Of a stretch of DNA of 64,000 nucleotides, positions 38,841 to 55,416 are shown in pieces. The translations under genes and the position numbers were made by a program. Position 1 is the first letter of the stretch, and the number at the start of each line of letters is the position of its first letter. The stretch lies in assembly GCF_009914755.1 (NCBI RefSeq), contig NC_060945.1. One strand, written 5' to 3'. Below the pieces are notes generated by a model that saw only the letters and a program-made list of their open reading frames with translations, ran no database searches and was not told the DNA's origin. Source of the DNA: the human T2T-CHM13v2.0 reference genome, Homo sapiens.

Positions 38841-39145
38841 AGCCGGGCGCGGTAACACACACCTGTAATCCCAGAAGTTTGGGAGGCCAAGATTGGCAGA
38901 TCTCTCAAATTCAGGAGTTTGAGACCAGCCTGGGCAACATGGCAAAAACCTGTCTCTAGTAAAAGTACAAAAATTAGCTGGGTGTGATGGCGCAGGGCTG
39001 TAATCCCAGTACTTAGATGGCTGAGGCACGAGAATCCCTTGAATCCTGGAAGCAGAGGTTGCAGTGAGCCACAATCATGCCACTGTACTCCAGCCTGGGT
39101 GACAGAGTAAGACTCTGTCTCAAAGAAAGAAAGAAAGAAAGAAAA
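38841..39145 (+). mobile_element. AluJb-like, (AAAG)n tail
   Basis: 'gagaccagcctgggcaacatggcaaaaacc'; diverged; degenerate TSD 'aaa(t)ggttttgt'. Confidence 0.92.
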
Positions 39146-39218
39146 GGTTTTGTGATACCATGTTCTACATACCAGTTATGATGGTGATGTCTCAATTCAG
39201 ATATGTTCATTTCGTTAA

Positions 39219-39537
<319 letters not shown>

Positions 39538-39589
39538 GAAAATTAGCCTGTAAATGGTCATTTCAAAATGCTTCTATCTGATCATGGAA

Positions 39590-39955
39590 AAAAATTATAC
39601 AAATCCCAGTTAAAGGACATTCTATAAAATACCTGACTGATACATCTCAAAACTATGAAAGTCGTCAAAAACAAGAAAAATTTGAGAACTCTCACTGTTG
39701 AAGCAACATGACTGCTCAATATAATATGCTATACTGGATGAGATCTTGGAACAGAAAAAGATTAGGCAAACAACAGAATAAAATATGGATTATAGTTAAT
39801 AATGTGTCAATATTGTTTAATTGATAATAATAGATGTACCATACTAATATCTTAGTAAAAAGAAATCTGGATGTGGGGTATATGAGAACTCTCTATATTA
39901 TCTTCAGTTTTAAAATTAATTCTAAAACTATTCTAAATTAAAATTTTAATTTAAA
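39590..39955 (+). mobile_element. L1MC/L1MD 3' UTR fragment
   Basis: 'ggacattctataaaatacctgac...ctggatgagatcttggaacagaaaaag...ggtatatgagaactctcta'; same family motifs as 21400-21720. Confidence 0.75.
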
Positions 39956-40254
39956 AAATGCTCCCTTTTTGAAATTCATGTTGGGTATTTGGTGTCAATT
40001 TGAAATCCCATAATAGTGCTCAAATTCAAAGCAACAAGCGACTTTTAATCATTCAGCATTGAAAATTTCCTTGCCCTTAAAATTTGCTATCTTGTGCAGA
40101 TAACATATATAAGCAAGAAATATTTGACGAAATGACCCAAGAACAATATACAATTAAGGGATAAAATGAAGAGATAAGACAAAGAAGAACTCTTGGCATT
40201 GAGAAGTAAATGTGCAAAACAGTTAACTGTCTCAGAAAAATCAGGGATGTAGAA

Positions 40255-40452
40255 CAGTGTTGTTCAATAGAACTTTCTGTGATGATGGAAATGATTGCAT
40301 GTGCTGTATAATATGTAGCCACAGCTACCTGTAGCTATAGAGAACTTGAAATATGGCTAGTGTGACTGGGGAAATGAATGTTTTATCTTCTCCAGTTTAA
40401 ATTGAATTGGATTTAAATAGCGACATATGACTAGCGCCTACTGTATTAGTGT
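40255..40452. mobile_element. MER3 (hAT-Charlie MITE)
   Basis: 'ttcaatagaactttctgtgatgatggaaatg...acttgaaatatggctagtgtgactg...tttaaatagcgacatatgactag'. Confidence 0.85.
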
Positions 40453-40966
40453 GAAATTAGTGTTTGAGCTAAACACAGAAGCCCAAGTAAAACTTCGGTA
40501 GATAGCCCATTTCAGTGCAAGGACACACTATAGTTAATAAAAGACACCATGCTTGTGGAACAGTGAGTAGATCCATGAGCTACTACATCAATCAACCTTC
40601 AAATCTATCCCACCTCTGTACTTCCTGTTCTTTGATCCAAAACTCATTTTCTATGTAAGCCAATTTTAGCTCTTCATATGAGCTATGCATCCAAATTTAA
40701 TCTTCTCTTTAAGGTTTTTTGTTCTAGTTTAAACTTGGTCTTTAGAAGAGAAAATTGAGAGAAGCAAAATCATAAAAGAGAAAGAAAAGGTATATCTGAT
40801 CCATGAGGGAGAACTTGCTTTTTTATGTCTCTGATGTTCTAATCTGATTTTATGCCGTACTAAATTGTGATGAGTCCCATTTAGCTTAACCTTATTTTTA
40901 TACTCGTGCGTTGCCAGCCATAGTTTTTCGATTAGTTAGCTGGAGTTCTTATAAAAAGGATATCAC

Positions 40967-41294
<328 letters not shown>

Positions 41295-41699
41295 TTACAA
41301 CTCTTATCTACTTCCATTGTATAAAGCTTGAAGAGATGAGTTGGATATGAGATAAAGCTTCTTCAACAGGTGCAGGCACTCAACAATCTTAGCTATAAGT
41401 GAGAGAAAGATGCATCAGGTAGGTGAGAATTACTTCTACCATGTAGTTTTCCATCAACCACTCTAAAATTGCCTAGAAGCCTGAGCCTAAGAAGAAGATT
41501 ATAAGTATTGATTATTCATCTTCCCATAAAAAACCATTAAGAATAATTCCATTACATGTTTATATCATTGACCACCAAAAGTTCAATCCTCAAAGGTCAT
41601 CCATCATCATCTGAGCACTTACACCTAAAGTCTCTATGTACCTCTCCACTAATGTGACCCTCTATCCCAACCCTCCCCAGTGCTGCAGACATTTCCATT

Positions 41700-43230
41700 A
41701 AAGCTCCTAGGAATGTACTGTCATCAACAAAACTGCCTGTACACTCACAATCTTTTATGAGCGTTAGCTTCACTTTCTTGCTTTAATTGAAGTCTAGTGA
41801 TTTCTGAGGTCACTTATCTCCTTGAAGATCTCTCAAACAGAGAATAGATTTACTCTATTCTCTGAGAAACCTTCAGGTGGTATCATCCTTGTTTCTCATT
41901 GCTGGTCAATGGGTTGGCAGATCTATGCACTTCCAGAATGCTTATCAATCCTTGTCTCTCAATCAAGCCAGCTACTTTGAAGCACATGCCATCAGATTAC
42001 ACCAACTCTTACCCTTCCTTGTTTATTTTCCAAATTCCCAGTCACTTTCACTCATTGAAAATTTTAGTGACTGGTTCATGTGCTTCTCTTCAAAACTACT
42101 TCAGTTATTAGTCTCTGAAATAATAAATTCTAAATAGAAAATTAATCTATTAATAACATCTAGGCTCAGTCACTTTCAGTAACATATTTTTCTAAAATCC
42201 CCTTCAGTCACACTATTTTGTAATCATACCCTAAAACTTGGCATTAACTGTAACAATATTTGCAGTTTAGCCATCTCTCTGAACAGAGATTCTTATTATT
42301 CCAGGTTTCTAGTATCCCATCCCAAAAATTTTATGAGGCCATCAGAGCTGCCAATCCATTGGTCATTCTGTCATTTTTTCACCACGCATTAATCACCTAA
42401 TATCATTATTATCCTCTTTACCTAATTTAAGTCAATGTTCAATCACTATGATTACTCTCTCGTCTTTACTCACAACTCCCTTACCTATAGTTACTCCATC
42501 ATACTTCTTGGAAAAATCCTAAACAAGGTTAAACCCTATGTTCTGCTGTAATAAACCTTTACTTAGGAAGTGTTGAAAAACATACAACTGTGCTGATTGG
42601 GCTCCCTTTTAATTCATATGTTACAACGCTAAGGTTGTTCCTTTTTAGAGCCTGTAAATCATGTTACTCTTACTTTTCTCATCTCTCAAGTGATTCTTTC
42701 AAATCTTTACGTATGTTCTGTTGTGAAATACCAAACACTTGCTTTTATTCCAACTGCTAACTTCAATTTCTATTTGCTTGAAGACAGAAGCAATTAGGAG
42801 AGAATCCTTTTATTGCTTTCCCACTATATTTAGCAAACTCTTGGTATGTAGGCACACTGTCTTCTGTGTCATGCAAGAACAAGAGACTAAAATGCTAATG
42901 CCTATTCTTCTGCTTCTGCACCTGACCTCACCTCTTCTTTCCTATACAAGGACTTTGCTCTTAATCATTATTCCTCTTTCCTAAATTATCTATTTTTTCT
43001 CTACTGTATCTTTATGATCAGTTCAAAAATTACATATATGCATAATATGAGCAACTCCCACATGGTAGCCTCTTTCACTCATTGTGGTATTCATTCAAGA
43101 ATCCCCTCCACAGAGAGGCCTCCCCTGACTACCCTATCTAAATACAGTGTCTAAACATATCATTTTCTCTTGCTCTAGGCTGTTTTATTTTTTCTTCATA
43201 GCTCTAGTGATTACTGGAAGGTAAACTTAC
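41700..43230 (+). mobile_element. Long degraded L2 (endonuclease-region remnant to 3' end, with deletions)
   Basis: 'cttgctttaattgaagtctag' resembles the LALTETW motif; 'ctttgaagcacatgccatcaga'; 3' 'cagagaggcctcccctgactaccctatctaaa'. Confidence 0.65.
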
Positions 43231-44141
43231 AACATTGGTGGTTTAGATGGTTGACTCTGTTTTTAAAGTCAGGGATCAAAACTGTTGCACATTGGCACCT
43301 CCATTGTCTCATTCAATTCCTGGATCACAGTAGATTTTGATTATTAAAAAAAGCAAAAGTTCAAATTAATTGACTAGTCTTAGGCTTAAAACCATGGACT
43401 TAATATAATGTTACATTTCATGATACTATTGTTAGTGTCCTGAGGAAATGGCAGCCCACAAAAGAACACCATGAATGACAGGTAAAGGTCCTCGGTGCTA
43501 CAGTTAAGATGGAAGTTGGTGGAATTTGACAGAAAGGGAGTGAAGCCCTCTTTTCCCCATGTGAGTTTAAGTCAAGTGAGAGAAAGTAAAGAGATGGGCA
43601 AATGAAGCACAAACATTATTTTTATTAAACTAGATAGTTTATATGAATAGCCACAATGGGTTTCCAAATACAGAAGCTCAGAATTATCCAGACTTTCCAT
43701 TTGTACTCAGAGTGAGTAAACAAAGATTCCGCCCTGTAAATAAAAGGGAAAAGAAATGTAAGTTTCCTACAGGCAATAACTCCATGATCAGTTCTTACTA
43801 AAAATTCTCCAACTGGAATTCAATTCTCCTACTCCTGGAGGATGCCAGTGAATTAGTAAAGAAAGATCATGAGTTTTACACTAATGAATATCACTCTACA
43901 TGAAAACACAAAGAATGGAGCATAAGGACTCCTTAAGAATAAGACCCAAACCGTGAAAGACAAAATAATATTCTTAGTTTGTATACCTAGAGAACAAACA
44001 GAGCCTCAACTAAACTTTCTACTGCAAACTGATTAGTATATGAAAATATTTTAATATCGGTGAGAAAAAAAGAAGTGAGAAATTATCAACGGACTTTTTT
44101 GATATTAAATAATCTGGATATATTGTCTTTGGAAGAACTTA

Positions 44142-44656
44142 TGTGCCAGTTATTTATTGTCACAACAATACTGCAGTGATAACACCATAGAACAAACAAC
44201 CACAAAAGTGTATGTATAATTAACAATAATTAGTCATTGTGCATGTGTCTGTAATCAAGTGGGGGTCAGTTAAGGGGATCCCCTGACATTGTTTATGCTT
44301 GCTTAGATACCTGGAGCTCAGAGGGCTGTTGAGGGAGGTAGGCTGGCTTCTGCCAGAGTGACCAGGGCAACTGGACAACTGTAATGTGACACAGGCCCAG
44401 TGACCCAGGCTAACTGCGGAGACACAAGAAAGAATACATTGAAATATGTCAGACCCCTTAAGGTCTAGGTTCATACTAGGCACCTTCTCTTAAAAATCAC
44501 CCTATAGATCAAAGCAATGTGTATGTCCAAGTTTAGGATGAAGAGGTGAGTGAATATGCCCCATCTCTTTTTTGGAAAGGATTGCAGGGTCACATGACAA
44601 AGGGTACAAATATAGTTAGGGAGTAAGAATTAGGACCATTAATGCAGTCTATCACA
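44142..44656 (-). mobile_element. MLT1G/H-like solo LTR
   Basis: 'tgtgccagttatttattgtcacaacaatactgc' ... 'gtcacatgacaaaggg...aagaattaggaccattaatgcagtctatcaca'. Confidence 0.75.
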
Positions 44657-45470
44657 GTGTAACATTGAGGCAGTGACTAGATTTTAAAATTTAGTTACTG
44701 ACAGAAGAAAGATGGCATACATAGCCACATTACAATTGAGTTTTCCTCATTTCTAATATTTGCAACATATCCAATATATATCAGTATCAATATATTCAAT
44801 ATATTATACCATTATCATCTTCTGCATAATTATTGTTATGTAAACAATTCATCTTGGTGTGAGATACATTGTTTAGAAACAAACTGCTCTTTTAGGTTGT
44901 AAAGAATTTGTCACCTCATAACTACTCACGAAAAGATGTAGAACCACTTGTTAGTACAACGAGAACTCAAAAGTCATGATGATTCCTAGTAGGGAGGTAA
45001 TCCTACTCAGGGGCAGCTTATGCAGAAGAATATAAACCAAACCCAGTATGTCAGGAAAATACCTATAAGTGCAAATGAGAGGCTTACAATTGATTGAGTC
45101 ACAGGATAAAGTGGAATAACAAACACTGTTTGTTCAGGTTGGCAGTCCCAGGTAATAATTTAGTAGCTCAACTACAAGAGACATGAGTCTGGCTCACAGG
45201 ACTCAGATTCACATGTGGGAATCCAGAGACCCAGACTGTCTATGGTAAGGAAATACTGAAGATCTTAAACAGCAAGCACTGGTGTCTCTGCTACTCCCAG
45301 ACCCTAACTTATAAATTATTAATTCCTTCACCTTCGGCTTTCCTGCTTTCCTAAATAGTCTTCACATGAAATCTGTAGTTAGATTTTACTTAGTGCTATA
45401 GAAAAAGATATTTACCAAGCAAATGCTAACATGAGAAGATTTTGAGTGCTAAAATTAGGAGTGCACTCAT

Positions 45471-47821
45471 TGTATTAATCTGTTTTCACACTGCTATGAG
45501 AACTACCTGAGACTGAGAATGGGTATTTTATAAAGAAAAGAGTTTTAATTAAATCACAGTTCCACAAGGCTGGGGAGGGCTCAGGAAACTTACAATCATA
45601 GAGGAAGGCAAAGGGGAAGCAAGGCATGTCTTATATGGAGACAGGAGAGAGAGCGAGGGAGGAAGTGCCAGACTTCTAAACCATCAGATCGCATGAGAAA
45701 GGACTCAGTATCAGGAGAACAGCAAGGGGGAAGTCCACCCCCATTATTCAGTCACTTCCCACCATGTCCCTCCCCTGACATGTGGAGATTACAATTCAAG
45801 ATGAGATTTGGGTGGGGACACAGAGTCAAACCATATCATTCCAGCCCTGACACCTCACAAATCTCATATTCTTCTCACATTTTAAAATAAATCATGCCTT
45901 CTCGACAGTGCCCCAAAGTCTTAATTCTTTCCAGCATTAACTGGAAAGTCCAAGTTGAAAGTTTCATCTGAGACAAATCAAGTCCATTCCACCTAGGAGC
46001 CTATAAAATAAAAAAACAAGTTAGTTACTTCCAAGATACAATGAGGATACAGGCATTGTGTAAAATGCTCCCATTGCAGAAGGGAGAAGTTGGCCAAAAC
46101 AAAGGGGCTACAGGCCCCACACAAGTCTGAAACCCAGCAGGGCAGTCATTAAATCTTAAGTCTCCAAAATAATCTCCCTTAACTTCACTTCTCACATCCA
46201 GGGCACATTAATGCAAGGGATGGGCTCCCAAAGCCTTGGGCAGTTCCATCCCTGTGCCTCTTCAGGAGACAGCCCCCGAGGCTGCTTTCACCAACTGGCG
46301 TTGATTGCCTGTGGCTTTTCCAGGTGCACAGCTGTTGGTAGATTTACCATTCTGGGGTTTGGAGGACAGTGGCCTCTTTCTCACAGCTCCAGTATGCAGT
46401 GCCCCAGTGGGGATTATGTGTTGGGGCTCCAATCCCACATTTCCCCTCTACACTGCCCTAGTGGAGGGTCTCCATGAGGGCTCCACTTCTGCAGCAGAAT
46501 TCTGTCTGGACATCTAGGTGTTTCCATTCATCCACTGAAATCTAGGCAGAGGTTCCCGAACCTCAGTTCTTGTCTTCTGCACACTTGCAAGAACAACACC
46601 ATGTGGAAGCTGCCAAGGCTTGGAGCTTTTACCCTCTGAAGCAATGGCCTGAGCTGTACCTTGGCCTCTTTTAGCCATGGTTGGAGCTGGAGCAGCTGGG
46701 ACACAGGGTGCCATGTCCTGAGGCTGCACAGAACAGCAGGGCCCTGGGCCGTGCACATGAAACCATTTTTTCATCCTAGGCCTCAAGGCCTATGATGGGA
46801 GGAACGGCCATGAAAATCTCTGAAATGCCCTGGAGACATTTTCCCATTATCTTGGTGATTAACATTTTGCTTCTCTTTAATTATGTAAAGTTTTGCAGCC
46901 AGTGGCTTGAATTCCTCCCCAGAAAACCTGGATTTTCTTTTCTACTGCATGATCAGGCTGCAAATTTTCCAAACTTTTATACTCTGCTTCTCTTTTAAAC
47001 ATAAGTTCCAATTTCTGATAATCTCTTTGTAAATACATATGACTGTATGATGTTAGGAGCAGCCAGGCCACATCTTGAATGCCTGGATGTTTAGAAATTT
47101 CTTCCACCAGATACCCTAATTCAGTTCTCTCAAGTTCAAAGCTCCACAGATCTCCAGGACAGGGGCAAAATGCCACCAGTCTCTTTGCTAAAGCACAGCA
47201 ACAGTGACATTTACTCCAGTTCCCAATAAGTTCCTCATCTCCATCTGAGACCACCCCAGCCTGGACTTCATTGTCCATGTCACTATCAGCATTTTGGTCA
47301 AAAGCATTCAACAAGTCTCTAGGAAGTTCCAAACTTTCCCACATCTTCCTGTCTTCTGCTGAGCCCATCAAATTGTTTCGACCTCTGCCTGTTACCCAGT
47401 TCCAAAGTCGCTTCCACATTTTTAGGTTCCTTTATCACACCTGGTACCAATTGTCTGTATTAGTTGGTTTTCCCACTGTTATAAAGAACTACCTGAGACT
47501 GGGTAATTTATAAAGAAAAGAGATTTAAATGACTCACAGTACAGTATGGCTGAGGAGGCATTGGGAAACTTACAATTATGGTGGAAGGCAAAGGAGAAGC
47601 AAGACATGTTTTTCATGGTGGCAGGAGAGAGAGAGTGAAGAGGGAAAGTGTCACACTTTTAAACCATCAGATCTTGTGAGAACTCCCTCACTATCATGAC
47701 AACAGCAAGCAGGAAGTCCATCTCCATGATTCAATAACCTCCCACAATGCTCCTCCTCCAACACATGAGGATTACAATTCAAAATGAGATTTGGGAGAGG
47801 ACAGAGTGCCAAACGATATCA
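45471..47821 (-). mobile_element. Full-length THE1D-like MaLR provirus: LTR 45471-45838, internal 45839-47455, LTR 47456-47821
   Basis: Two homologous LTRs 'tgtatt...atatca', ~1.6-kb THE1-int body, TSD CTCAT (45466-45470) / CTCGT (47822-47826). Confidence 0.95.
46514..47419 (-). pseudogene. Frameshifted remnant of the MaLR (THE1-int) internal ORF
   Basis: ORF 46877-47419 'MWESLELPRDLLNAFDQNADSDMDNEVQA...KREAEYKSLENLQPD' and ORF 46514-46786 'KKWF..GPGP...KPWQLP' match the THE1/MST internal ORF translation. Confidence 0.85.
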
Positions 47822-48450
47822 CTCGTTATGAATGAGGTAAGAGTATAGCAAAGAAGATAAAGAGTCAATGAAAAGTGCTCTAGAAAAGAAAGAGAAAAAA
47901 GGAGTGAAGACTTAAAAGAGGGAAGATGAATAGGTAGAAGAATCAAATTAAACTAGGACATGAAGAGTTTTCTTCATATGTATAAAAATAGGATGATCGA
48001 TTGGTCTTTTATTGCTTACATTTTTCTTGTTGACCATGATAGGGAAGAAAAATAATGGCAGAGGTTTTAGGCAAGTGTGTATCAAGGAAATATAGATCAG
48101 CTTTTGTTCCAAGAAGTATGGACTTTACAAAACTCACACTGTATATACTCATTGGGTTAGTAAGTTTAATTCCAGTGGATGTGTTATATATCAATGAGTG
48201 TGTAGAGTAAGTATATAATGATAATGTATTATGCCTATGAATATGTGTTATGGGTATTCATTGCAGTGTTTTATGACATCAATGGATTAAACTACCACTT
48301 GCTTGCTTTCTCCAAATGAAAGCCAGCTAAAACTGTCAAAAGGCACATCCAGGTCAGTTGAATAGATCAGTGATAAGAACTGACAAAAAGTGCAGCTTTT
48401 TCATTCTGCAAGCAATATTTACTCTAAAAACCTATCTAAATAATTTGGCT

Positions 48451-48771
<321 letters not shown>

Positions 48772-50559
48772 TTAACTGCTGACTCTATCATAAGTAGAAA
48801 GAAAAACTAAATTTGTACTTTTAAAGCCAGAGAATGTAACTGAAATTCTTAAGCACTCTCTGTCCAGTCTACACCATTCAATTCCCTTTCATCTTAGAAG
48901 AAAATTACTGTGGTCAAAAGTCATTGCTTTAAATTCCTATATATATGTTTTAAGACACAGAATGCTAAATTCAAAAGCTGTTATCAAGTTTCTGATAAGG
49001 GTTTTGTGATAGGAAGTCTAATTTTGTATGGTTATAGTTATTAATGAGCATTGTGGTGATTTAGGCTCTCACTCCTACACATGGATTGCTGATCCAGTAG
49101 AAATGTGCTACAACTAAGTTCTCTGGGGTTGTACCTGAATCCTTTCTCCATGGCATTATTTTGGCTTAGTCTGTCTCAGGAAGTTATACTGATATGTTGC
49201 TTCCCAAGAGTGTCAATGTGCTTTCTCTTTCATGTGTTTGCTTGGAAATACAGCCTGTTGAGAGAAACAACTGTCAGCTTCTACTTAAACATATTTTACC
49301 TAAAATCTACAAAGCATCCATCCCTTTGAAGATTGTTACAGGTTTATGTGTCAATTTAATATGCCATATTCTCCTGGAAAGGCTGGTACTATTTCAAAGT
49401 AATCCCATATTTACAAAATACAAGTAGAAGTTGACAAGACCTTAAACATAACCAATTTTCTCTTTCGTAAATGCGTAGATCAATTGTGATGATAAATGTA
49501 TTCTGACATTATTTAATCCGAATTTATTTTTGCCTTTCAGGCATTCTTGAGAATTCATATGCAGATTTTGCATTTTGTAGCTTTTATAAAATAAATGTTC
49601 TATACCAGGTTGATTTGGATGAGCATATAAGGGAAGCAGAAATTTTTCAGTAGATGAATGTGTATTCATAATGAAAATGGGCATTCTAATCTTTGATGGG
49701 TTGTCCAAGGAAATGTCTTATATTTGCAATTCTTCGAAGCCAACTCCATGGTTCTGTGGAATATGAGACATATATTGTTTTGTCTTATATTTATTTGTTT
49801 CACAGATTATATTGAGTAAATGACATGTGTCAAATATTTGTTAATCAATAGAATTGAGGTCTTTTTATTCCCAAGGTCTTTCACAGAGCCCTATCATAGA
49901 GGATGTTTAAAATGCTTGTGGTTGTATTGTCTCCCCTTCTGTAATGTTTAGTTGCTCTATGCTTATTATTGTTACATTTTATGGAAAATTACGTTTTTGG
50001 AAAAATCACGCTAAAAAAATCTATGCTACATTATAAAGCCAAATAGAAATTTTCTCATGACTTGAAGCTATTGTGGAATGTTACTGCCACTGTACTTTTT
50101 CATGAGACTAAATTATTGAGAAGCAGTAAATTGCCTCAACAGCCTGAGATTTTTCCTCCTATGATTGCCTGATCACACATTTTAAATTTAGGTCTGTTTG
50201 TTTCTGCAGGAGTAAATCTACTCAGGTAGTCCTAGTGAGATTTGTTAAGTATTAGAAAATCTATCCTGCTCCCACATCATCATAGCAATACCACAGCAGT
50301 TAAAATGAGTGTCATTAAAATTCCTCTCTTTGAGGTTAAAACTTTCACCTAAAAATGTCAGTTTTGAAATGAGAGTACCCCCAAAAGTAAATTTCTTTTC
50401 TTATCCTTAACACAGTTATAATTTGTCAAGTAGATGAAAAAGAAGAGAACATAGATCAAGCAGAAAAATTTAAATAATCAGTTTTATCGAAGAATGTCTT
50501 ACATAAAGTTATTTCACTCACTTTATTAAATTGAATAAATTTTGTAAAAGGTATTACTG

Positions 50560-52229
50560 TGTTTCTGCCACAGTCAAGAAACAGAAACCCTTTTTACACC
50601 CAAAAAGGATATCTCATGGTCCCTGATATTGAAATGCATATTTCCATCCCCGGTTCATGGGAGCAGTGCTCTTTGTACCTATAGTTTGGTCTTTCATAGA
50701 ATTTCATATCAATTGGATCACACAGAATGTGGCTTTTTTCGCTCAACATAATATCCATCCATTATGTTAAGAGTATTGGTAGTTTATTTAACCATTTATA
50801 TTTTGATGAAACATTAGTATTGTGTCCAGGTTTGGGATTTTACAAATACAGCTGCTATGCAACTTCTCGTATGAGCCTTTGTATGTTCATATGTTTTAAT
50901 TTTTCCTGACAAATACCCAGAATTGGGATTGCTGAGCCATATGGAAAGTGTATGTTTAGCTTTGTAAGAAACTGTCAAACTGTTTTCCAACATGATTGTA
51001 CAGTATTACATTTCTACTAGCAATCTATGAGAATTTCAATTGCTCTACCTCCTCACCCACATGTAGTATTGGAAGCCTTTAATTTCTTCTATTCTGGTGG
51101 GTAGATAATAATGTCTAATTGTGGTTTCATTTACATTTCCCTGGTGACTAAACACGTTGATTATCTTCGCATTTGTTTTTTGGCCATTCACATACTATTG
51201 TTAGTGAACTGTCTGCCCATATCTTTTGCCCATTTTTAAATTGAGTCATTAGTCTTATTATTCAGTTATGAGAGTTCTTTATATACTCTCCATACAAGTC
51301 TTTAATCAGATATAAGATTTATAAATATTTTCTCCCAGTTGTGACTTGCCTTTTCATTTTCTCAGCAGAGACTTCAGCAGAGCAACAGTTTTCTTTTTTT
51401 ATTTTCTTTTTTGGATGAAGTTCAATTTATAAAATTTTCCTTTATGTTTTGTTCTTTTGGTATTCTAGCGAAGAAGTCATTATTCACCCCAGGGCCAGAA
51501 AGAGTTTTTCCTATGTTTTCTTTTAGAAGTAGTATAATTTTAGCTCTTTCTTGTGTTTAGTTGTGAGGTAAAGGTCAAGTTCTCTGTATGGATGTATGTA
51601 TATATGTATACTACTTTGTATATTGATGTCCATTTCCTCATGTACCACTTGTTGAAAATATTACCTTTATTTTATTATTGAATATCATCATATTTGGATG
51701 AGTCCACGTACTGTTTATTGTGTTTCACTGATTATGTTTATCTTCACATCAATATTTTGATGACAATCTCAATTACTACATAACTTGAAATTAGATACTA
51801 TAAATTATCTAATTTAGTTTCTCTTTTGTTAAATTGTTTTGATATTTTAGTTTCTTTGCATTTCTACTTAATTTTAGAACCAGTGTATCAATTACAACAA
51901 CAAAGCTTTGTGGAAATTTGACTGCAATGAGTCCACAGATGAATTTAAAGAAAATCGACATCTTAAAAACCTTGATTTTTCTGATCCATGCATATAGTAT
52001 ATTCCTCCATTTTGGAGTCTTCTTTAATTTCCCTTAGGAATATTTTAGTTTTCAGTGGATGTCTTATACATATTTTATAAAATATATCCCTAGGCATTTT
52101 GTAGTTTGATGCTATAATTAATGACATTATTTAATTAATTTCAATGACTTCTTATTTATTTTTAGTGTATATCATTACAATTGACTTTTGCGTAATGACC
52201 TTACATCATACAACTTTTTGAACTTACTT

Positions 52230-52230
<1 letters not shown>
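50560..52230 (-). mobile_element. Old L1M (MB/MC/ME-type) ORF2 3' region and 3' UTR
   Basis: 'aaatacccagaattgggattgctgagccatatgg...aagaaactgtcaaactgttttcca', 'aatttaaagaaaatcgacatcttaa'. Confidence 0.8.
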
Positions 52231-53960
<1,730 letters not shown>

Positions 53961-54504
53961 GAATTTCAGATCAGTTTTGATGAAAGTGAGAGATGAAACA
54001 TTTAGAAGAAATGAAAGTGGGAGATAAAACATTTAGAAGAAAAAGCATGGTACTAAGGGGTAATGCCGAGTAGAGAATTGAAGCAGGGTATTTTGGAAAA
54101 CCACAGGATAGCAATGAAGGGCAGTTATGAATGAAAGCAAAAAGACAAGTTTTACTTACTGCCCTATATTTTAAATGTAAGAATACTCTATTTTAGCCAT
54201 GTTTATTTCCATGGAAAATTCTATGAAGGATTCAGCAAAGTTCCATAAGGAATCATCATCCTAAAGTGACTTTTTACAACTTCTGAACTGCTGTGGGACA
54301 GAGTCTGGGTTTGGCCTTTAAAAAATCTCAGATTGGGTAAATTTTTTTCTCCATCCGATTACTCCTTTTTCAGCTATGTGTTTACCCAGTTTGGCACCTC
54401 TGTCCTTTCTGTCCCTTGCTCCTTGCATTAAAGATGTAAAATACCCTTCCAAGGTTCTATTACCACATTTAAACCTATTTCTTCTCTAAGAAGAAATCAA
54501 TCAT

Positions 54505-54882
54505 TATCTACCCACTAGAAGAGAAGAAATTAAAGGCTTCCAATACTACGTGTGGGTGAGGAGATAGAACAATTGAAATTCTCATAGATTGCTAGTAGAA
54601 ATGTAATACTGTACAATCATGTTGGAAAACAGTTTGACAGTTTCTTACAAAGCTAAACATACACTTTCCATATGGCTCAGCAATCCCAATTCTGGGTATT
54701 TGTCAGGAAAAATTAAAACATATGAACATACAAACGCTCATACAAGAAGTTGCATAGCAGCTGTATTTGTAATACCAAAACCTGGACACAATACTATTGT
54801 TTCATCAAAATATAAATGGTTAAATAAACTACCAATACTCTTAACATAATGGATGGATATTATGTTGAGTGAAAAAAGCCAC
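54505..54882 (+). mobile_element. Old L1M 3' fragment
   Basis: 'ttggaaaacagtttgacagtttcttacaaagctaaacatacac...cagcaatccc', 'tatgttgagtgaaaaaagcca'. Confidence 0.75.
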
Positions 54883-55416
54883 TTTTTTAAAATTATACTT
54901 TAAGTTCTAGGGAACATGTCACAATGTGCAGGTTTGTTACATATGTATACATGGGCCATGTTGGTGTGCTGCACCCATTAACTCGTCATTTATATTAGGT
55001 GTATCTCCTAATGCTATCCCTCCCTGCTACCCCCACCCCACAACAGGCCCCAGTGTGTGATGTTCCCCTTCCTCTGTCCATGTGTTCTCATTGTTCAATT
55101 CCCACCTATGAGTGAGAACATGCGGTGTTTGGTTTTTTGTCCTTGTGATAGTTTGCTGAGAATGATGGTTTCCAGCTTCATCCATGTCCCTACAAAGGAC
55201 ATGAACTCATCTTTTTTTATGGCTGCATAGTATTCCATGGTGTATATGTGCCACATTTTCTTGATCCAGTCTATCATTGTTGGACATTTGGGTTGGTTCC
55301 AAGTCTTTGCTATTGTGAATAGTGCCACAATAAACATATGGGTGCATGTGTCTTTATAGCAGCATGATTTATATTCCCTTGGGTATATACCCAGTAATGG
55401 GATGGCTGGGTCAAAT
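54883..55416 (-). mobile_element. 5'-truncated L1PA4/5
   Basis: Minus ORF 55095-55433 is near-canonical L1 ORF2 C-terminus ending 'KHRMFSLIGGN'; 3' UTR 'gttacatatgtatacatg...ggtgtgctgcacccattaactcg'. Confidence 0.96.

Noticed and set aside
40255-40452. Hairpin potential in MER3, MER5A and MER20 copies
   Set aside because: Explained by the terminal or internal inverted repeats of known MITEs.
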